Shown here in pieces: positions 28,341 to 39,407 of a stretch of 64,000 nucleotides of DNA. The first letter of the stretch is position 1. Each line of letters starts with the position of its first letter. The translations under genes and the position numbers were made by a program. The DNA is taken from contig CAWJWJ010000002.1 of NCBI GenBank assembly GCA_963846575.1, forward strand, positions 1,536,001 to 1,600,000, written 5' to 3'. A model generated the notes under the pieces. It ran no database searches, had not been told where the DNA came from, and worked only from the letters and a program-made list of their open reading frames with translations. The DNA comes from an uncultured Nitrospiraceae bacterium (GTDB lineage: Bacteria; Nitrospirota; Nitrospiria; Nitrospirales; Nitrospiraceae).

Positions 28341-31300
28341 TACCGCCTCGATACCGGACCAGGCGGCGCGTATTGCGGCCGCCACCACCTTCGATCGTAA
28401 CGTGGTGGTGATCGCAGGAGCCGGAACGGGTAAAACGACACTGCTCGTGAACCGTCTTCTCTACCTCCTGATGCGGCGGGCTGATTCGCTGGACCTGTCC
28501 CGTATCGTCGCCTTAACCTTCACCAACAAAGCCGCCGCGGAAATGAAACTCCGCTTGCGGGAGCGGCTGCGTGCGCTCGCGACGGGAGAGGGGCGCGACA
28601 GCCCAGCTGCCGGCAGCGGAACGGTGTCTGTCGCAGACCTTCGCCTGCGGTATGGCTGGACCACTAACGACATCGTGGCGAGGGCGGAGGCGGCCCTGCG
28701 TGACGTCGAGAAGGCGCAGATCGGCACGCTCCACAGTTTCGCCGCACATTTGCTGCGGCTGTTTCCCATCGAAGCCGGCGTTTCTCCTACGTTTCGCACG
28801 GACGAAGATGGGTCGCGCTTCGAGGAACATTTCAGTCGGGAGTGGGACCTGTGGCTGGATCGTGAGTTGGGCGCGGCGGGCGGCGGCCATGAGAACTGGC
28901 GCACACTTCTGAACCTGTTCGCGCTTCATGAGTTGCGTGAGCTGGCCTACAGACTCCACGGTGATCTGATCGACCTTGACGGGCTGGCGACCCAAGTCGG
29001 GGAGCGTACCCTTGGGCCAGGACTACAGGCATGGGTTGCCCGACGGCAGGCGGAAGCGGAATCGTTGCTCGCACGGCATGATGGGCCGAAGCGGCGAAAA
29101 ATCGAACAGATCCTTGAAGCAATCGTCACGCTCTGTGAAACATTGACCACTCAGGGACTCCAGGGGTTGCGCGACACGCCGATCGACATGCAGCAACTGC
29201 TGGCCAAGGATCTCGGCGCCGGGCCGGCCGGCTGGACGGAAGAGGAAGTGCGGGATGTTGAGGCCTTGCAGCGGATCGCACGGCGCTTGCTCAAAGTCGA
29301 TCATGACCTGTTGCAGAACTTGTTGGCCGTCCTCGCACCCTTCGTGCAGGCCGTGCGAAAGTCTTTTCTGGACTCTGGCTGGCTGGCCTTCGACGGATTG
29401 TTAGGTAAGGCCCGCATGCTCCTCCGCGATCATCCTGCGATCCGCGAACAATTGAAGCAGGACTATCGAGCGCTGCTCGTGGATGAATTTCAAGATACGG
29501 ATCCGGTGCAGTACGAGATCGTGCTTTATCTCGCCGAGCAACCGGGGAAGCAGGCCACGTCCTGGCGCGACGCCGAACTCGAACCGGGCAAACTGTTCAT
29601 CGTGGGCGACCCGAAACAATCGATTTACGCGTTTCGCCGCGCCGACATCGAAGCCTTCGATCATGTGGTCGAACGACTCGAGCAACGCGGCGCGCTCCGT
29701 TGTGAGTTGTCGACCAACTTTCGAAGCCATGCCCGGGTGCTTGAGGTGGTGAATGGGGTGTTCAACGCACTGCTGGTAGCGGAGCCCGCGATTCAGCCAC
29801 CGAACGTGCCGCTGATGGTTCAACCCGATCGTTCGAGTACGTTTCGCAGTCCCGGGGTCGAACTTCGGTTGGTGGCGGCGGAAGCCGATGACGAGCTGGA
29901 CTCCGCCGCGGCAACCAGGCTCGAGGCGGAGCAGATTGCCCTCTTGCTTGAGGGCCTATTGGGTCCGGCCGGCCTGGAAACCACGCTCGTCGGATCCGAT
30001 CGCGACCTGCGTCCAGGGCACATTGCGATCCTGTTCAGGAAACTCACTCAGGCCGAGCATTACCTGGAGGCTCTCCGCCGGCACCACATCGCGTACATCA
30101 TCGATGGTGAGAAACATTTCTATCGCCGTCAGGAAGTCATCGATCTGGTGAACATTCTGCGGTGCATTGAGAATCCCCATGATCGCATCGCCTTAATCGG
30201 CGTGCTTCGTTCGGCTGTGGGCGGTCTGCCGGACTCGGAGCTGGCTGCCTTGCAGGAATTGAACGCGTTGGACTATCGGCAGGCTGATCGGCTGACTGGC
30301 TGGACCAGTGTGCATGCCGACTCGCTCCAACACCTCTATGGCGTCCTCTCGCGACTACACGAGCAGGCTAGCCGCTATCCGTTGCCCGAGACCGTGAGTC
30401 TGGTGTTCCATGAGTTGCCGGTCCTTGAACTGGCGGCGGCCTCTCTGCATGGCGAGCAGGCGGTCGCTAATCTCTTCAAGGTTCGCCGCATCGCGGAGGA
30501 GCTTGCGGATCGTCCTGCGCTGACCTTGAACGGGTTTGTCGAGTTGATGCTGGCACGACTCACCGAGCAGCCCGAGGAAGCGGAGAGCGCCCTGGCGGAA
30601 GACACCCTGGACGCGGTGCGGGTCTTAACCATCCACAAGGCGAAGGGATTGGAGTTTCCTCTGGTCGTTCTGGCCGGGCTGCATCACGGAGACGGGGCGG
30701 GCCGTGGTCCGGCAGGACCGCTCATTTGGCACGATTGGTCGACCGGAATCCAGGGCCTCGATCTGGGCGAGCATTGCAGTCTCGGTGCGGTGATGGCCGC
30801 CGAGAAAGCACGCACGCGCGAACAGGCGGAACGCAGCCGGCTCTTCTACGTCGGGATGACGCGAGCCCGCGAGTCTTTAGTCCTATCAGGAGCCGTCTCA
30901 CGACGACGGACGGGCGGGGCGCTGTTGGAGTTGCTGGAACGGGCGACGGGAGTGAAACTCGGCCATGCTGACATGCCCACTATCCCGGTAGGGACTGTAA
31001 ACCTTCGTCAAACCATGCTCCATGGCGAGGATCGTCCACCCGCCAGATTACGCGCCCACCCGGTCTTCCTGGAGGCCGACGTGACAGACGAGGTGTTGTC
31101 CGCATTGTGGGCAGAACGTGACCGGGAATGGGGCGCGCAATCGGGGGCGTCGCTGGTGGTCTCGCCGACTGAACTTCTTGTGCAATCGCCGCGCCTGAAG
31201 GTGTTTGCATCAAGCCGAAGAAATCGTTCAAACGTAGGCCAATCAGTGGGGAAGATCGTTCACCGTCTCCTGCAGTACTGGGAGTTCGGTGTTGACCCAT

Positions 31301-31719
31301 CGGCCCAACTGGCCTTGATCAATCCACATACCGTGGAATGGCTCGGGGAGGGGGAGCCCCCACAAGAGGTGATCATGGAAGAGGTGCGAGATCTGGTGCG
31401 CACTTTTGTCGAATGCTCCTGGTACGAACGGTTGTGCCGGGCGACCATTGTGGGGCGCGAGGTGCCCTTTCTGATGCCATGGACTGGTGGGCGGCAGGTG
31501 GTGGAAGGGGTCATCGACTTGCTGTATCGTCTCGATGGCGAGATCTGGATCGCCGACTACAAGACCGACCTGATCCCTCGCGATCAGGTCGCGTTGAAGG
31601 CGGAGACCTATCGAGAGCAGGCACGGTGGTATCGGAGAGCGGTGGAGCAATCGTTGGGCAGACCGGTCGCAGGATTTGAATTCGTTTTCTTGCGGCATGG
31701 ACTGGTCGTGACAACTTAA
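28333..31719 (+). CDS. addA: AddA-like UvrD helicase-nuclease subunit
   Basis: AGAGTGKT, TFTNKAA.EM, VDEFQDT, VGDPKQSIY.FR, TIHKAKGLEF, YVGMTRA, GVIDLL..DYKT. Confidence 0.92.
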   Translation: MTDTASIPDQAARIAAATTFDRNVVVIAGAGTGKTTLLVNRLLYLLMRRADSLDLSRIVALTFTNKAAAEMKLRLRERLRALATGEGRDSPAAGSGTVSVADLRLRYGWTTNDIVARAEAALRDVEKAQIGTLHSFAAHLLRLFPIEAGVSPTFRTDEDGSRFEEHFSREWDLWLDRELGAAGGGHENWRTLLNLFALHELRELAYRLHGDLIDLDGLATQVGERTLGPGLQAWVARRQAEAESLLARHDGPKRRKIEQILEAIVTLCETLTTQGLQGLRDTPIDMQQLLAKDLGAGPAGWTEEEVRDVEALQRIARRLLKVDHDLLQNLLAVLAPFVQAVRKSFLDSGWLAFDGLLGKARMLLRDHPAIREQLKQDYRALLVDEFQDTDPVQYEIVLYLAEQPGKQATSWRDAELEPGKLFIVGDPKQSIYAFRRADIEAFDHVVERLEQRGALRCELSTNFRSHARVLEVVNGVFNALLVAEPAIQPPNVPLMVQPDRSSTFRSPGVELRLVAAEADDELDSAAATRLEAEQIALLLEGLLGPAGLETTLVGSDRDLRPGHIAILFRKLTQAEHYLEALRRHHIAYIIDGEKHFYRRQEVIDLVNILRCIENPHDRIALIGVLRSAVGGLPDSELAALQELNALDYRQADRLTGWTSVHADSLQHLYGVLSRLHEQASRYPLPETVSLVFHELPVLELAAASLHGEQAVANLFKVRRIAEELADRPALTLNGFVELMLARLTEQPEEAESALAEDTLDAVRVLTIHKAKGLEFPLVVLAGLHHGDGAGRGPAGPLIWHDWSTGIQGLDLGEHCSLGAVMAAEKARTREQAERSRLFYVGMTRARESLVLSGAVSRRRTGGALLELLERATGVKLGHADMPTIPVGTVNLRQTMLHGEDRPPARLRAHPVFLEADVTDEVLSALWAERDREWGAQSGASLVVSPTELLVQSPRLKVFASSRRNRSNVGQSVGKIVHRLLQYWEFGVDPSAQLALINPHTVEWLGEGEPPQEVIMEEVRDLVRTFVECSWYERLCRATIVGREVPFLMPWTGGRQVVEGVIDLLYRLDGEIWIADYKTDLIPRDQVALKAETYREQARWYRRAVEQSLGRPVAGFEFVFLRHGLVVTT

Positions 31720-31735
31720 GCATAAGGAGGATGGT

Positions 31736-32143
31736 ATGCGATCTCTTCTGACGGGGGCGACTGTTTTGACGCTGGTGCTGACTGGTTGTACGGGTCAACA
31801 GAAGATAGAAGTCCGAACACTTCATGCCCCGTCCGGCACCAGCGCCCTGGTCAGTCAACAGTTAGAGGAGGGGAATCTGCTGTATGCGCGACAGAACTGG
31901 GCGGGGGCAAAGCAGGTGTATCTTGCGACGATCCAGCTTGATTCAACCTTGGCGGAAGCTCATTACAATCTGGCGCTGGCGCTGGAGCGATTGGGCGAGA
32001 AAAGCGAGGCACGGAAACACTATGTCGCCGCCGCCAATCTGGCGCCCGGCAACAAGGTCATCTGGGACGCGCCACCGCTGCGCAAGTATGACAGCGAACT
32101 CGGGCTGGATAAAAAATCCTTCATGGATGCCAATCCGAAGTAG
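31736..32143 (+). CDS. TPR-containing lipoprotein
   Basis: Lipobox LTGC; AEAHYNLALAL..LG...EA..HY..A..LAP. Confidence 0.82.
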   Translation: MRSLLTGATVLTLVLTGCTGQQKIEVRTLHAPSGTSALVSQQLEEGNLLYARQNWAGAKQVYLATIQLDSTLAEAHYNLALALERLGEKSEARKHYVAAANLAPGNKVIWDAPPLRKYDSELGLDKKSFMDANPK

Positions 32144-32170
32144 CCCTGAGGGGCGGAGGACGATTCGGAT

Positions 32171-33016
32171 TCAGCTCATGGCGGGCCGCGAGTCTATCGA
32201 GACCCGGCTCTTGCGTTGGTACGAGATCGCCAGGATGACCGCCCCCGCCACCACCATGGGCAGGCTAAGGAGCTGGCCGATTGAAATCGTCCCGAAAATA
32301 AACCCGATTTGTGCGTCCGGCTCGCGAAAAAATTCCACCACGATCCGGCAGAGTCCGTAACCCACCAGAAAGGCTCCGAAGACGGTTCCAGGAGGAGGGA
32401 CACGTCGGGACAGGAGCCAGAGCAGGGTAAACAACAGGAGGCCCTCCAGCAAGGCTTCATACAGTTGCGAGGGATGACGACAGGCGGGACCGCCGGCTGG
32501 AAAGACCATACACCAGTCCACGTCCGTTGGCCGCCCATAGAGTTCGCCGTTGATAAAGTTGCCAATTCGCCCCAGTCCAAGACCCACGGGGGTCACGCCG
32601 GCGGCCAAGTCGGCAATGGTGAGTACCGTAATTCCCTGCCGCTTTGCGAACAGCACCAGTGCGACGATGGTACCGATCAACCCGCCATGGAACGACATGC
32701 CGCCTTCCCAGACGGCGAAGATCTTGAGTGGATTCTCTGCATAGTAGGACAGGTTATAAAACAGGACATACCCTAGTCGGCCGCCCGCAAAGACACCGAC
32801 GGCCGCATAGACGATCATGTCGTAGACCTGGTCCTTGTTCATCGGGAGCTTCTGTGCCCTGGCCCGCGCCTCGATGATGAAATAGGCTAGGGTGAGTCCG
32901 ATGAGATACATCAGCCCGTACCATCGGAACTGTAACGGACCCAATCGCAGGAAGACCGGATCGATGTCGGGGTAGGGGATCGCGCTCATCCAAGACAACA
33001 TAGGGGGACTCCACAT
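32171..33016 (-). CDS. lgt: Prolipoprotein diacylglyceryl transferase (start may be MSAIPYP at 32989)
   Basis: WYGLMY, GGRLGYVLFY, GGMSFHGG, GRIGNFINGELYGR, HPSQLYE, EFFREPD. Confidence 0.96.
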   Translation of the reverse strand: MWSPPMLSWMSAIPYPDIDPVFLRLGPLQFRWYGLMYLIGLTLAYFIIEARARAQKLPMNKDQVYDMIVYAAVGVFAGGRLGYVLFYNLSYYAENPLKIFAVWEGGMSFHGGLIGTIVALVLFAKRQGITVLTIADLAAGVTPVGLGLGRIGNFINGELYGRPTDVDWCMVFPAGGPACRHPSQLYEALLEGLLLFTLLWLLSRRVPPPGTVFGAFLVGYGLCRIVVEFFREPDAQIGFIFGTISIGQLLSLPMVVAGAVILAISYQRKSRVSIDSRPAMS

Positions 33017-33240
33017 AGTTTCGCGATCTTATGTGAGCTGAAATCGCATTGCAAGGCAGGCCGCGAAGCCGCAACAGGCAAGGGCTGAGCACTCTCCAGT
33101 ATGTTCCCTACGGAAGTCTGTCGCTTTTGTGAAACGGTTGTCTCCTTCGATTGTTCACAAAACAGCACCGTTTATGAGACCAGGTTAACCTTTTATTTTA
33201 GGACGGCGCGAATGTCCGGCCAATCCGTAGTTCCTGCCCG

Positions 33241-33256
33241 TGGCACAGTTGATGCT
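33241..33256 (+). promoter_or_regulatory. Putative sigma54 (-24/-12) promoter for the YtxH gene
   Basis: TGGCAC-AGTTG-ATGCT with GG-N10-GC spacing. Confidence 0.55.
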
Positions 33257-33326
33257 GTAGAGATCAGTAGCTCTCGCCGGATTCAGTGGACCGTAAACCT
33301 TGTTGCACTATAGGGAGGAAGTCACG

Positions 33327-33578
33327 ATGTCTACCAAGGGGCGCGAAGCGGCAAAGATTGCAGCGATCATCGGAGGAGGCGCAATCGTAGGGGCGGCGTT
33401 GGGACTCCTGCTGGCTCCAAAGACCGGGGCGGAAACCAGGCGGGACGTTGCCCGTTACGCCAAGCGGGCTCAGTTACAAGCCACCCGCTTCAGTCGATCG
33501 GTGAAGAGCGGCGTGTCGACCATGGTCGAACGAAGCAAGGCGCTGGTCAAGAAAGATGACCAGAAGGTGGCGGCATAA
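33327..33578 (+). CDS. YtxH domain (general-stress-like) protein
   Basis: GAIVGAALGLLLAPKTG.ETR; GGAGG RBS. Confidence 0.88.
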   Translation: MSTKGREAAKIAAIIGGGAIVGAALGLLLAPKTGAETRRDVARYAKRAQLQATRFSRSVKSGVSTMVERSKALVKKDDQKVAA

Positions 33579-33625
33579 CCGCCTGGCCGACGGCCAATCC
33601 GAACGTCAGTCGCACAGGTGCTGCA

Positions 33626-33661
33626 ATGGCCTGTCCCGCAAGGGACAGGCCGTTTGTATTT
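33626..33661 (+). terminator. Intrinsic terminator after YtxH gene
   Basis: ATGGCCTGTCCC-GCAA-GGGACAGGCCGT followed by TTGTATTT. Confidence 0.75.
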
Positions 33662-33684
33662 GAGCGAGAAAAACTGCGCGCAGC

Positions 33685-33713
33685 TTGACCCCTCAAGACC
33701 CGGGTGTTAGATT
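33685..33713 (+). promoter_or_regulatory. Sigma70 promoter of tRNA-Leu
   Basis: TTGACC-N17-TAGATT with extended TG. Confidence 0.6.
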
Positions 33714-33734
33714 TCGGCCCGACGGTTTTCCCCT

Positions 33735-33821
33735 GCGGGAGTGGCGGAATCGGCAGACGCCCAGGACTTAAAATCCTGTACTGTAAAAGGTGTGCGGGTT
33801 CAAGTCCCGCCTCCCGCACCA
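33735..33821 (+). tRNA. tRNA-Leu (anticodon TAA)
   Basis: Acceptor GCGGGAG/CTCCCGC-ACCA, anticodon arm CAGGA-CTTAAAA-TCCTG, long variable arm, GGTTCAAGTCC T-loop. Confidence 0.97.
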
Positions 33822-34795
33822 ACCTGTATCTCTGGGGCTACTATCCCTGCTCCATAGCATCCCGGCGAGTTCTATCTGGTCTCCAGCCCGGTTCTTGACG
33901 GCTTTTGCCGTTCAATCGCTCCCATTCCGCCAGCCAAAACGGTTGCCGTCTTTGCACTAATCTTACGCCTGCCGAATATGAGTTCTTTCGGATAGATCCG
34001 TTGCCCACGTGGTGTAGCCCACGATGCCGATCCTGCATCCTATGGCCTAAGATGTAATCCGTGGCAGCAGAATCCGAGACGGTCCTCTTTTTGAGGGCTT
34101 TGCCGTGGCTGTCGGTAGCCCCGCGGACTGCTGTTCAGGACTCCCGCTGGTGACTATCGTGTCTTTACTCGATTTGCAGGGAAGGCCGAATCGATCGTTG
34201 GACGTCCTTGACGAAGCACAGCCCGAAAAGGGGGAAGGAGGGGGGAAACAGGCATCATTCGAGACCTTCACAATTTCCTTGTGAGTTCTCTTCGGGTCGA
34301 GTGATGGTTGGTCATTCCTCAAGGAGCAGCTTCGCTCGGTCACTCATTCATCCCAACGTGATTTCTCCGGTACATTTCCCGGGCACGTGGGCCGCAATTT
34401 GTCGTGCGGTGGGGGTCGTAAGCACCCCCCACCAGTGAGTTCCTTGGAGATCGTGGGCATGCATCGGGTCGAAGAACAACGCCGGGATCAGCCCTTTACT
34501 CCACACTGGGCTTAGCTGCCACCAACCCTCGAATTGCCATCTGTGATAGACCTGAAATCAGGATGCTCGCGAGAAGAACGTACCCTCTCTCTACCGGTTG
34601 GTGGGAGAGGCGTCCTCTCCCGGCTGGCCGACTGTGGCCAAGGATGGAGGCCCCCGGGGACAGAAGAAACCGACTGACGCTGCGTCCTTTCTCTCCTTTC
34701 TGGACTCAGTGGAAACCGCCCCTTAGTAATATGACTTGAATAGAACTGTTTATTCGGCAATAATCCCGACCCTCACAATCACAAGGGGGGCTACC

Positions 34796-35074
34796 ATGCC
34801 GAAATACATCGTCGAGCGTGAGCTAACCGGAGCCGGTGCGTTGAGTACCGCACAACGTGCTGCCATTGCGCAAAAGTCCTGCGACGTGCTCAGGACCATG
34901 GGCCCCGAAATTCAGTGGCGAGAAAGTTACATCACAAAAGATAAAATTTATTGTGTATATATTGCCCCGAATTCTGACCTGATTCGCCAACACGCCAAAG
35001 CCGGACAGTTCCCTGTCACAAGCGTGGAGGAAGTAAAATCCGTGATCGATCCCACGACTGCCGAAGCCGTCTGA
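34796..35074 (+). CDS. DUF4242 domain-containing protein
   Basis: MPKYIVEREL.GAG.L...IQW.ESY...DK.YCVYIAP....IR.HA....FP...V.EV...IDPTTAE. Confidence 0.88.
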   Translation: MPKYIVERELTGAGALSTAQRAAIAQKSCDVLRTMGPEIQWRESYITKDKIYCVYIAPNSDLIRQHAKAGQFPVTSVEEVKSVIDPTTAEAV

Positions 35075-35187
35075 CCCTTTGGCAGATACATAGTGATGCC
35101 AGTTCGAAACTTCCGACGAGCATGCGGCAATGCTGTATGATCTCGCGGAAGTTTCGGCAAGGTGACGGGTCTGAATGACCCGGTTCG

Positions 35188-35910
35188 TCATTTGAACTGG
35201 TATCCGATACCTGCAAGCAGCATATGCGCCTGGTAATCCACATCAATGTTACTGAAACTTCGAACTTGATGGAAATTGGCCGTCGTCGACATATATTTCC
35301 ACTCGCCAAACAGCACGACTGAGGTCTCCGTCACATACCGCAGGCCAGCCTGACTCGTCCACCCGGCTGTCACACTGGAGGTGTCAACCGCCGGGCCGGG
35401 GCAGGTGTTGTTGCATGACAGTCCTGTGCCGCTGGCGTGACCCCAGAAGATGGCAGGCCCGATCCCTGCGTAAGGTTGCCAATGGAGTCCAGGGTAGCGT
35501 GCCATCAAGCTGAAGGCCCAAGTGGTAAATCGGAGATGAACTCCGCTCTGGGCCTCCCGGAACGTCCCAACAGTGGATGATTTAGTATCGATCGCAATCG
35601 TTCCCGCCATCACATGCGGCGTCGTTGTAAACACGTCTGTTTCCGCTCCCAACCAGGGAAGTGAATCAAAATAATGTCCCAGCTTGATGCCATATGACAC
35701 TGACTCTTTTAGCCCGATGGTGGTGCTCGAGCCTCGAAACAACTGCCCGGGGCCTGGTGGATTCGGATAATTGATATTTTCGTCTGCCCGAACCGATGCG
35801 GGAAGCGCCAGAGTGGCACCTATCGCGCCGGCGATGTAGGTTTCGGCGGAGCTTTCCGAGAGAGAATTAAACGACATCAAAGTGACTAAAAGTATTGTAC
35901 GAATGCTCAT
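35188..35910 (-). CDS. Small outer-membrane beta-barrel (OmpW/OmpA-like) protein
   Basis: Signal peptide, amphipathic strands, WQPYAGIG, C-terminal GIGYQF. Confidence 0.8.
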   Translation of the reverse strand: MSIRTILLVTLMSFNSLSESSAETYIAGAIGATLALPASVRADENINYPNPPGPGQLFRGSSTTIGLKESVSYGIKLGHYFDSLPWLGAETDVFTTTPHVMAGTIAIDTKSSTVGTFREAQSGVHLRFTTWAFSLMARYPGLHWQPYAGIGPAIFWGHASGTGLSCNNTCPGPAVDTSSVTAGWTSQAGLRYVTETSVVLFGEWKYMSTTANFHQVRSFSNIDVDYQAHMLLAGIGYQFK

Positions 35911-36191
35911 GACGTACGCGAAACCTCCCTTCATGAACAGTGTTGGGTCGAGCGATGCCTCAGATGCGATTTGCATGGCATGGAGTAAAATGCGCACGAA
36001 TGGGATGGGTAGAAGCTCCCAACTGGCAGTGGATGCAGCAGTTGCATACCGAAGTCTTTATACCGCAGTTCGGATTCGACGCCATGAGAATCCCCAATTT
36101 TCTACAAGCCTCTAGCCGGCCGACCGATGGTTGTAGAAGGCGTTGCGCTTTCACGCCACATAGCTCTCGGCACCCTTTTACGATTCATGCA

Positions 36192-37064
36192 TCAGGGCAA
36201 TGGAAGTTTCACGCTGATAGCCCCTCCCAGATCGCCTTCCTGTGCTCCCTCTCGTGGGTAGCCGGTCACGTCCCGCTCACCTTTAGGAGCCCCATGACAA
36301 CTCAGGCACCCTTTGCCGTAGAACAGTGGAAGGAGGGCGCGGAGGCTCTTTCCGTCTTCCACCACTTCACTCAAGATCTGATCGCTTGCTCGAGGGAATG
36401 AGGGCTCTTCAAGTTTGTGCATCGCTGCGGTCTCGAAGGCATCCGGTTTGTTTTTCGGATTCCGAAGCAGTGTTTCGGGTGCGGTCTGCTTTAGATAAAT
36501 TCCTGACCATTGCTGGAATCGGGCCCCTGTTTCCGTGCCGAACGTGGCCGGTATCAGGCCTTTATATTTAATCCCCTTCACGTTGATGACGGTTTGATAG
36601 GTGGCCACCGTTTTTTTGCTTTCCTCCAGCAGCCGTTCGAGCAATGGCTTTGCCATGGCGGGTACCTGTGCCGTGGAGAGATTTTTCACGTCGTGTCCCG
36701 TCCGCTGCTTGAACAAGGTGACCATTTGTTCTGCAAATACGTCGGGAGTGAAACCTTTCTCCCCCTGGTTGGGATCATTGATCAATTCCTGATTCCGGCC
36801 AATGGCCACACGACCAGAATCAAGAAGGACCGCCAGTAAACGAGCTGTTTCACGCACGCCTGGCTCATCTTCCGCTATGGCCAGCGGAACGGAACCGCCT
36901 GTCAAAATGGCACAGAACATGACGATGATTTGGAATTTCCAGAATCGGACAGCGCGTGCTTCTCTCGAATCAGAGTGATCCACGCTCTCTGAATCAAGCC
37001 TTTGACCTGTCACATTCTTCGCCTTGTATCCTCGCCCATCTCGACCGTGCGGACAGCTTTTCAC
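36192..37064 (-). CDS. DUF3365 (Tll0287-like) periplasmic c-type heme protein; start uncertain
   Basis: RNP.N.PD.FE, P.....GCLSCHG, GDLGGAISV. Confidence 0.82.
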   Translation of the reverse strand: MKSCPHGRDGRGYKAKNVTGQRLDSESVDHSDSREARAVRFWKFQIIVMFCAILTGGSVPLAIAEDEPGVRETARLLAVLLDSGRVAIGRNQELINDPNQGEKGFTPDVFAEQMVTLFKQRTGHDVKNLSTAQVPAMAKPLLERLLEESKKTVATYQTVINVKGIKYKGLIPATFGTETGARFQQWSGIYLKQTAPETLLRNPKNKPDAFETAAMHKLEEPSFPRASDQILSEVVEDGKSLRALLPLFYGKGCLSCHGAPKGERDVTGYPREGAQEGDLGGAISVKLPLP

Positions 37065-37658
37065 TTTTGCATCCTCCTAGGTGTGATCACAAGGAAAGTT
37101 ATCGGGTTCATTCATTTTTTGAATAGCCCTGTTCGGAGGCCAATGGCCTCTCAGCTGCGCTGCCATGAAGGACTGACCCGAGGGTCTGATTGTACTGGGC
37201 CGCTGCTAGGTCGCCTCCTAGGGTGATCCCGAGTGCCCGAATACTTCTCAAAGTCCTTAGGGCGCGTTTCTGACTCCGATCTGATCCTGGCCATCCAGGG
37301 TTTTGCCTAGTACATTGACAGATCTCCCCCATAGATCATCAAAATTTAACGAAGCAGCTAAAACAAGTTGTTTGTGGAGCTTCATCCCCGCATCGTTCTG
37401 GTCGAACTGCATTTTTCCATACCGTTCTTTTTCCACGGGAATACTTGCGCGGGATGTCAGTCTCTAGCGGGGCCATCGCTTTCTCTGGAAGAACGTGCTG
37501 CGTGTGAAAGATGTACCGGTCGTCCAGGTTCCTAAACCAATACCGCAAGGACGATATGCAGAGGTTAATCTGTCACCGATACGGAACGATTCCGAAAACC
37601 AGGATGTCCAGTCCGATGGAATTTATCCCCGCGGTGTCGTCCTCCCACCTCGAGGTGG

Positions 37659-39407
37659 TTGATCGATGCAATCTCTCCACGGCAATTGGCACATGGTATC
37701 TCACACCGTTTAGGCCTCACCTCCGCTTCGCATATGTGGCAGCAGAAACCGGTCCCGACGGTAAGAAGGGTGCTACCGATTCCTGCGCAGTCCCCTGTAT
37801 GGCCCATGTCTAGGTGGCGCCTCTTGCTTTCGGGCAGCGAGACCTCCGCCCAATTCAATTGGGCGCTATTCATCGCCTGGGGACTCATTGTATCCATCAC
37901 AGCGAGCCACCATGAGTTCTGGCGCGATGAGGTGCGGGCGCTGTCGTTTAGCATGCAGGCCTCCACGCCCTCGGATCTTGTGAGCGCGTTGGAGAATGAA
38001 GGCCATCCCTTACTCTGGTACGTCCTGCTCTATGGCACTTACCATGTGATAGGTTCGACGTGGGTGCTGCCTGCCGTAAGCCTGCTCATTGCCGCTGTGG
38101 CCGTATACATCTTCATTTTCTTTTCCCCCTTTCCTGAGTGGATGAAGACCATCTTTGTCCTGTCGGGATTGCCGGTCTATGAATATTCGGTCATGGCTCG
38201 CAATTACGGGATCTCGATGCTGTTACTTTTTATGTTCGCCACCCTGTATCCCTTACGAAAGACGCACCCTCTGTCGGTGGGGTGTACCCTTGCGTTGCTG
38301 TGCAACACCAATGTCCATTCCATGATACTCGTAGGCCTTCTCATGAACCTTTGGTTATGGGACCTGTTCGTGGCGGAGAAGATATCCCCGGTCGGACCGG
38401 AGGCCTATCGCCTTTATCAGGCGACAATGATTGTGGGTGCCGGGGCCGCTGCTGCGCTGTATGCGGTTTGGCCGACGGATAATATGATTGCCTCAGACCG
38501 CTCGGGTTACACGGCCGCTCATATTGGAGAAGCCTTCGTCAGCGCGATTGAGGCGCCCGCTAAACAGTTTGGCGAGCTGTTTCCGAGCGGCGTTCCAATT
38601 AAACTGAGAATGGTGGTGCTGGTTGCACCCATCCTCGGATTGCTGGTTCGTCCACCGGTTGCAATGATTGCCTGCGCAGCGTTTCTCCTTCTGAGTGTGT
38701 TTTTTGAGGTCGTATATACAGGCTGGTACCGACATCAAGGTTTATTTGTCGTGTTCCTTGTCAGCCTGTATTGGATCGTCATCAATGGAATGGCTACGAG
38801 ATTTTCTGAGACGTTTTGGGGGAGACGTCTTCACCGTTGGCGATACTCAGGAATAGCAGGACTTCTGGCTTGCACCATGGCCAGTGGCGCGGAGAATGTC
38901 TATCGAGACTGGACCTATCAAAAAAGCGCCAGCAAAACATTCGCTGAGGATTTTTTGAAGGCGCGCCCAGAATATAAAGAGGCCATATTAATGGGGGAAC
39001 CGGACTTTATTTTTGAGGCCGTCCCTTACTACACGGACCATCTTATGTACATTGCGCGGGAGAGTCGTTTTGGACACGTGGTCCGATTCGTCCGGAACGT
39101 TCAGTTGAATATGAGCCTAGGCGAACTGCTTTGCATAGCCTGGCGCATTCAGGTTGCGGAGCAGCGGCCAGTGTTACTTCTGCTGGGGCATCGCTTTCTG
39201 GGAACGGATTTGCTCGAGCCGGGCACATCCGCTTCGTCCATCAAGTATATCTATGAACGAACGTTTACATGGTCGAAGGAAGATCTAACCGTTTGGAAAG
39301 AATACACTCACTTTCAGCGAAAATTCGATGATCAGGTGATCGGCGATGAAGCGTATACGGTGTATAGCCTCATCTCTCCGGAGGGGCGGCTCTCTCCTTG
39401 TCACTAG
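37659..39407 (+). CDS. Polytopic GT-C-fold-like membrane glycosyltransferase (start probably downstream, e.g. 37734 or 37806)
   Basis: HE.WRDE, EGHP.LWY, YEYSV.ARNY, more than 10 TM segments. Confidence 0.72.
   Translation: MIDAISPRQLAHGISHRLGLTSASHMWQQKPVPTVRRVLPIPAQSPVWPMSRWRLLLSGSETSAQFNWALFIAWGLIVSITASHHEFWRDEVRALSFSMQASTPSDLVSALENEGHPLLWYVLLYGTYHVIGSTWVLPAVSLLIAAVAVYIFIFFSPFPEWMKTIFVLSGLPVYEYSVMARNYGISMLLLFMFATLYPLRKTHPLSVGCTLALLCNTNVHSMILVGLLMNLWLWDLFVAEKISPVGPEAYRLYQATMIVGAGAAAALYAVWPTDNMIASDRSGYTAAHIGEAFVSAIEAPAKQFGELFPSGVPIKLRMVVLVAPILGLLVRPPVAMIACAAFLLLSVFFEVVYTGWYRHQGLFVVFLVSLYWIVINGMATRFSETFWGRRLHRWRYSGIAGLLACTMASGAENVYRDWTYQKSASKTFAEDFLKARPEYKEAILMGEPDFIFEAVPYYTDHLMYIARESRFGHVVRFVRNVQLNMSLGELLCIAWRIQVAEQRPVLLLLGHRFLGTDLLEPGTSASSIKYIYERTFTWSKEDLTVWKEYTHFQRKFDDQVIGDEAYTVYSLISPEGRLSPCH

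Noticed and set aside
25107..31719. Helicase-nuclease pair as a novel defence system or Cas4-like module
   Set aside because: Domain order, Fe-S staple and overlapping arrangement match ordinary AddAB repair genes
33547..33898. ORFs MVREAGLEPA... and MLDFGPTV...
   Set aside because: Translations of the tRNA-Leu gene
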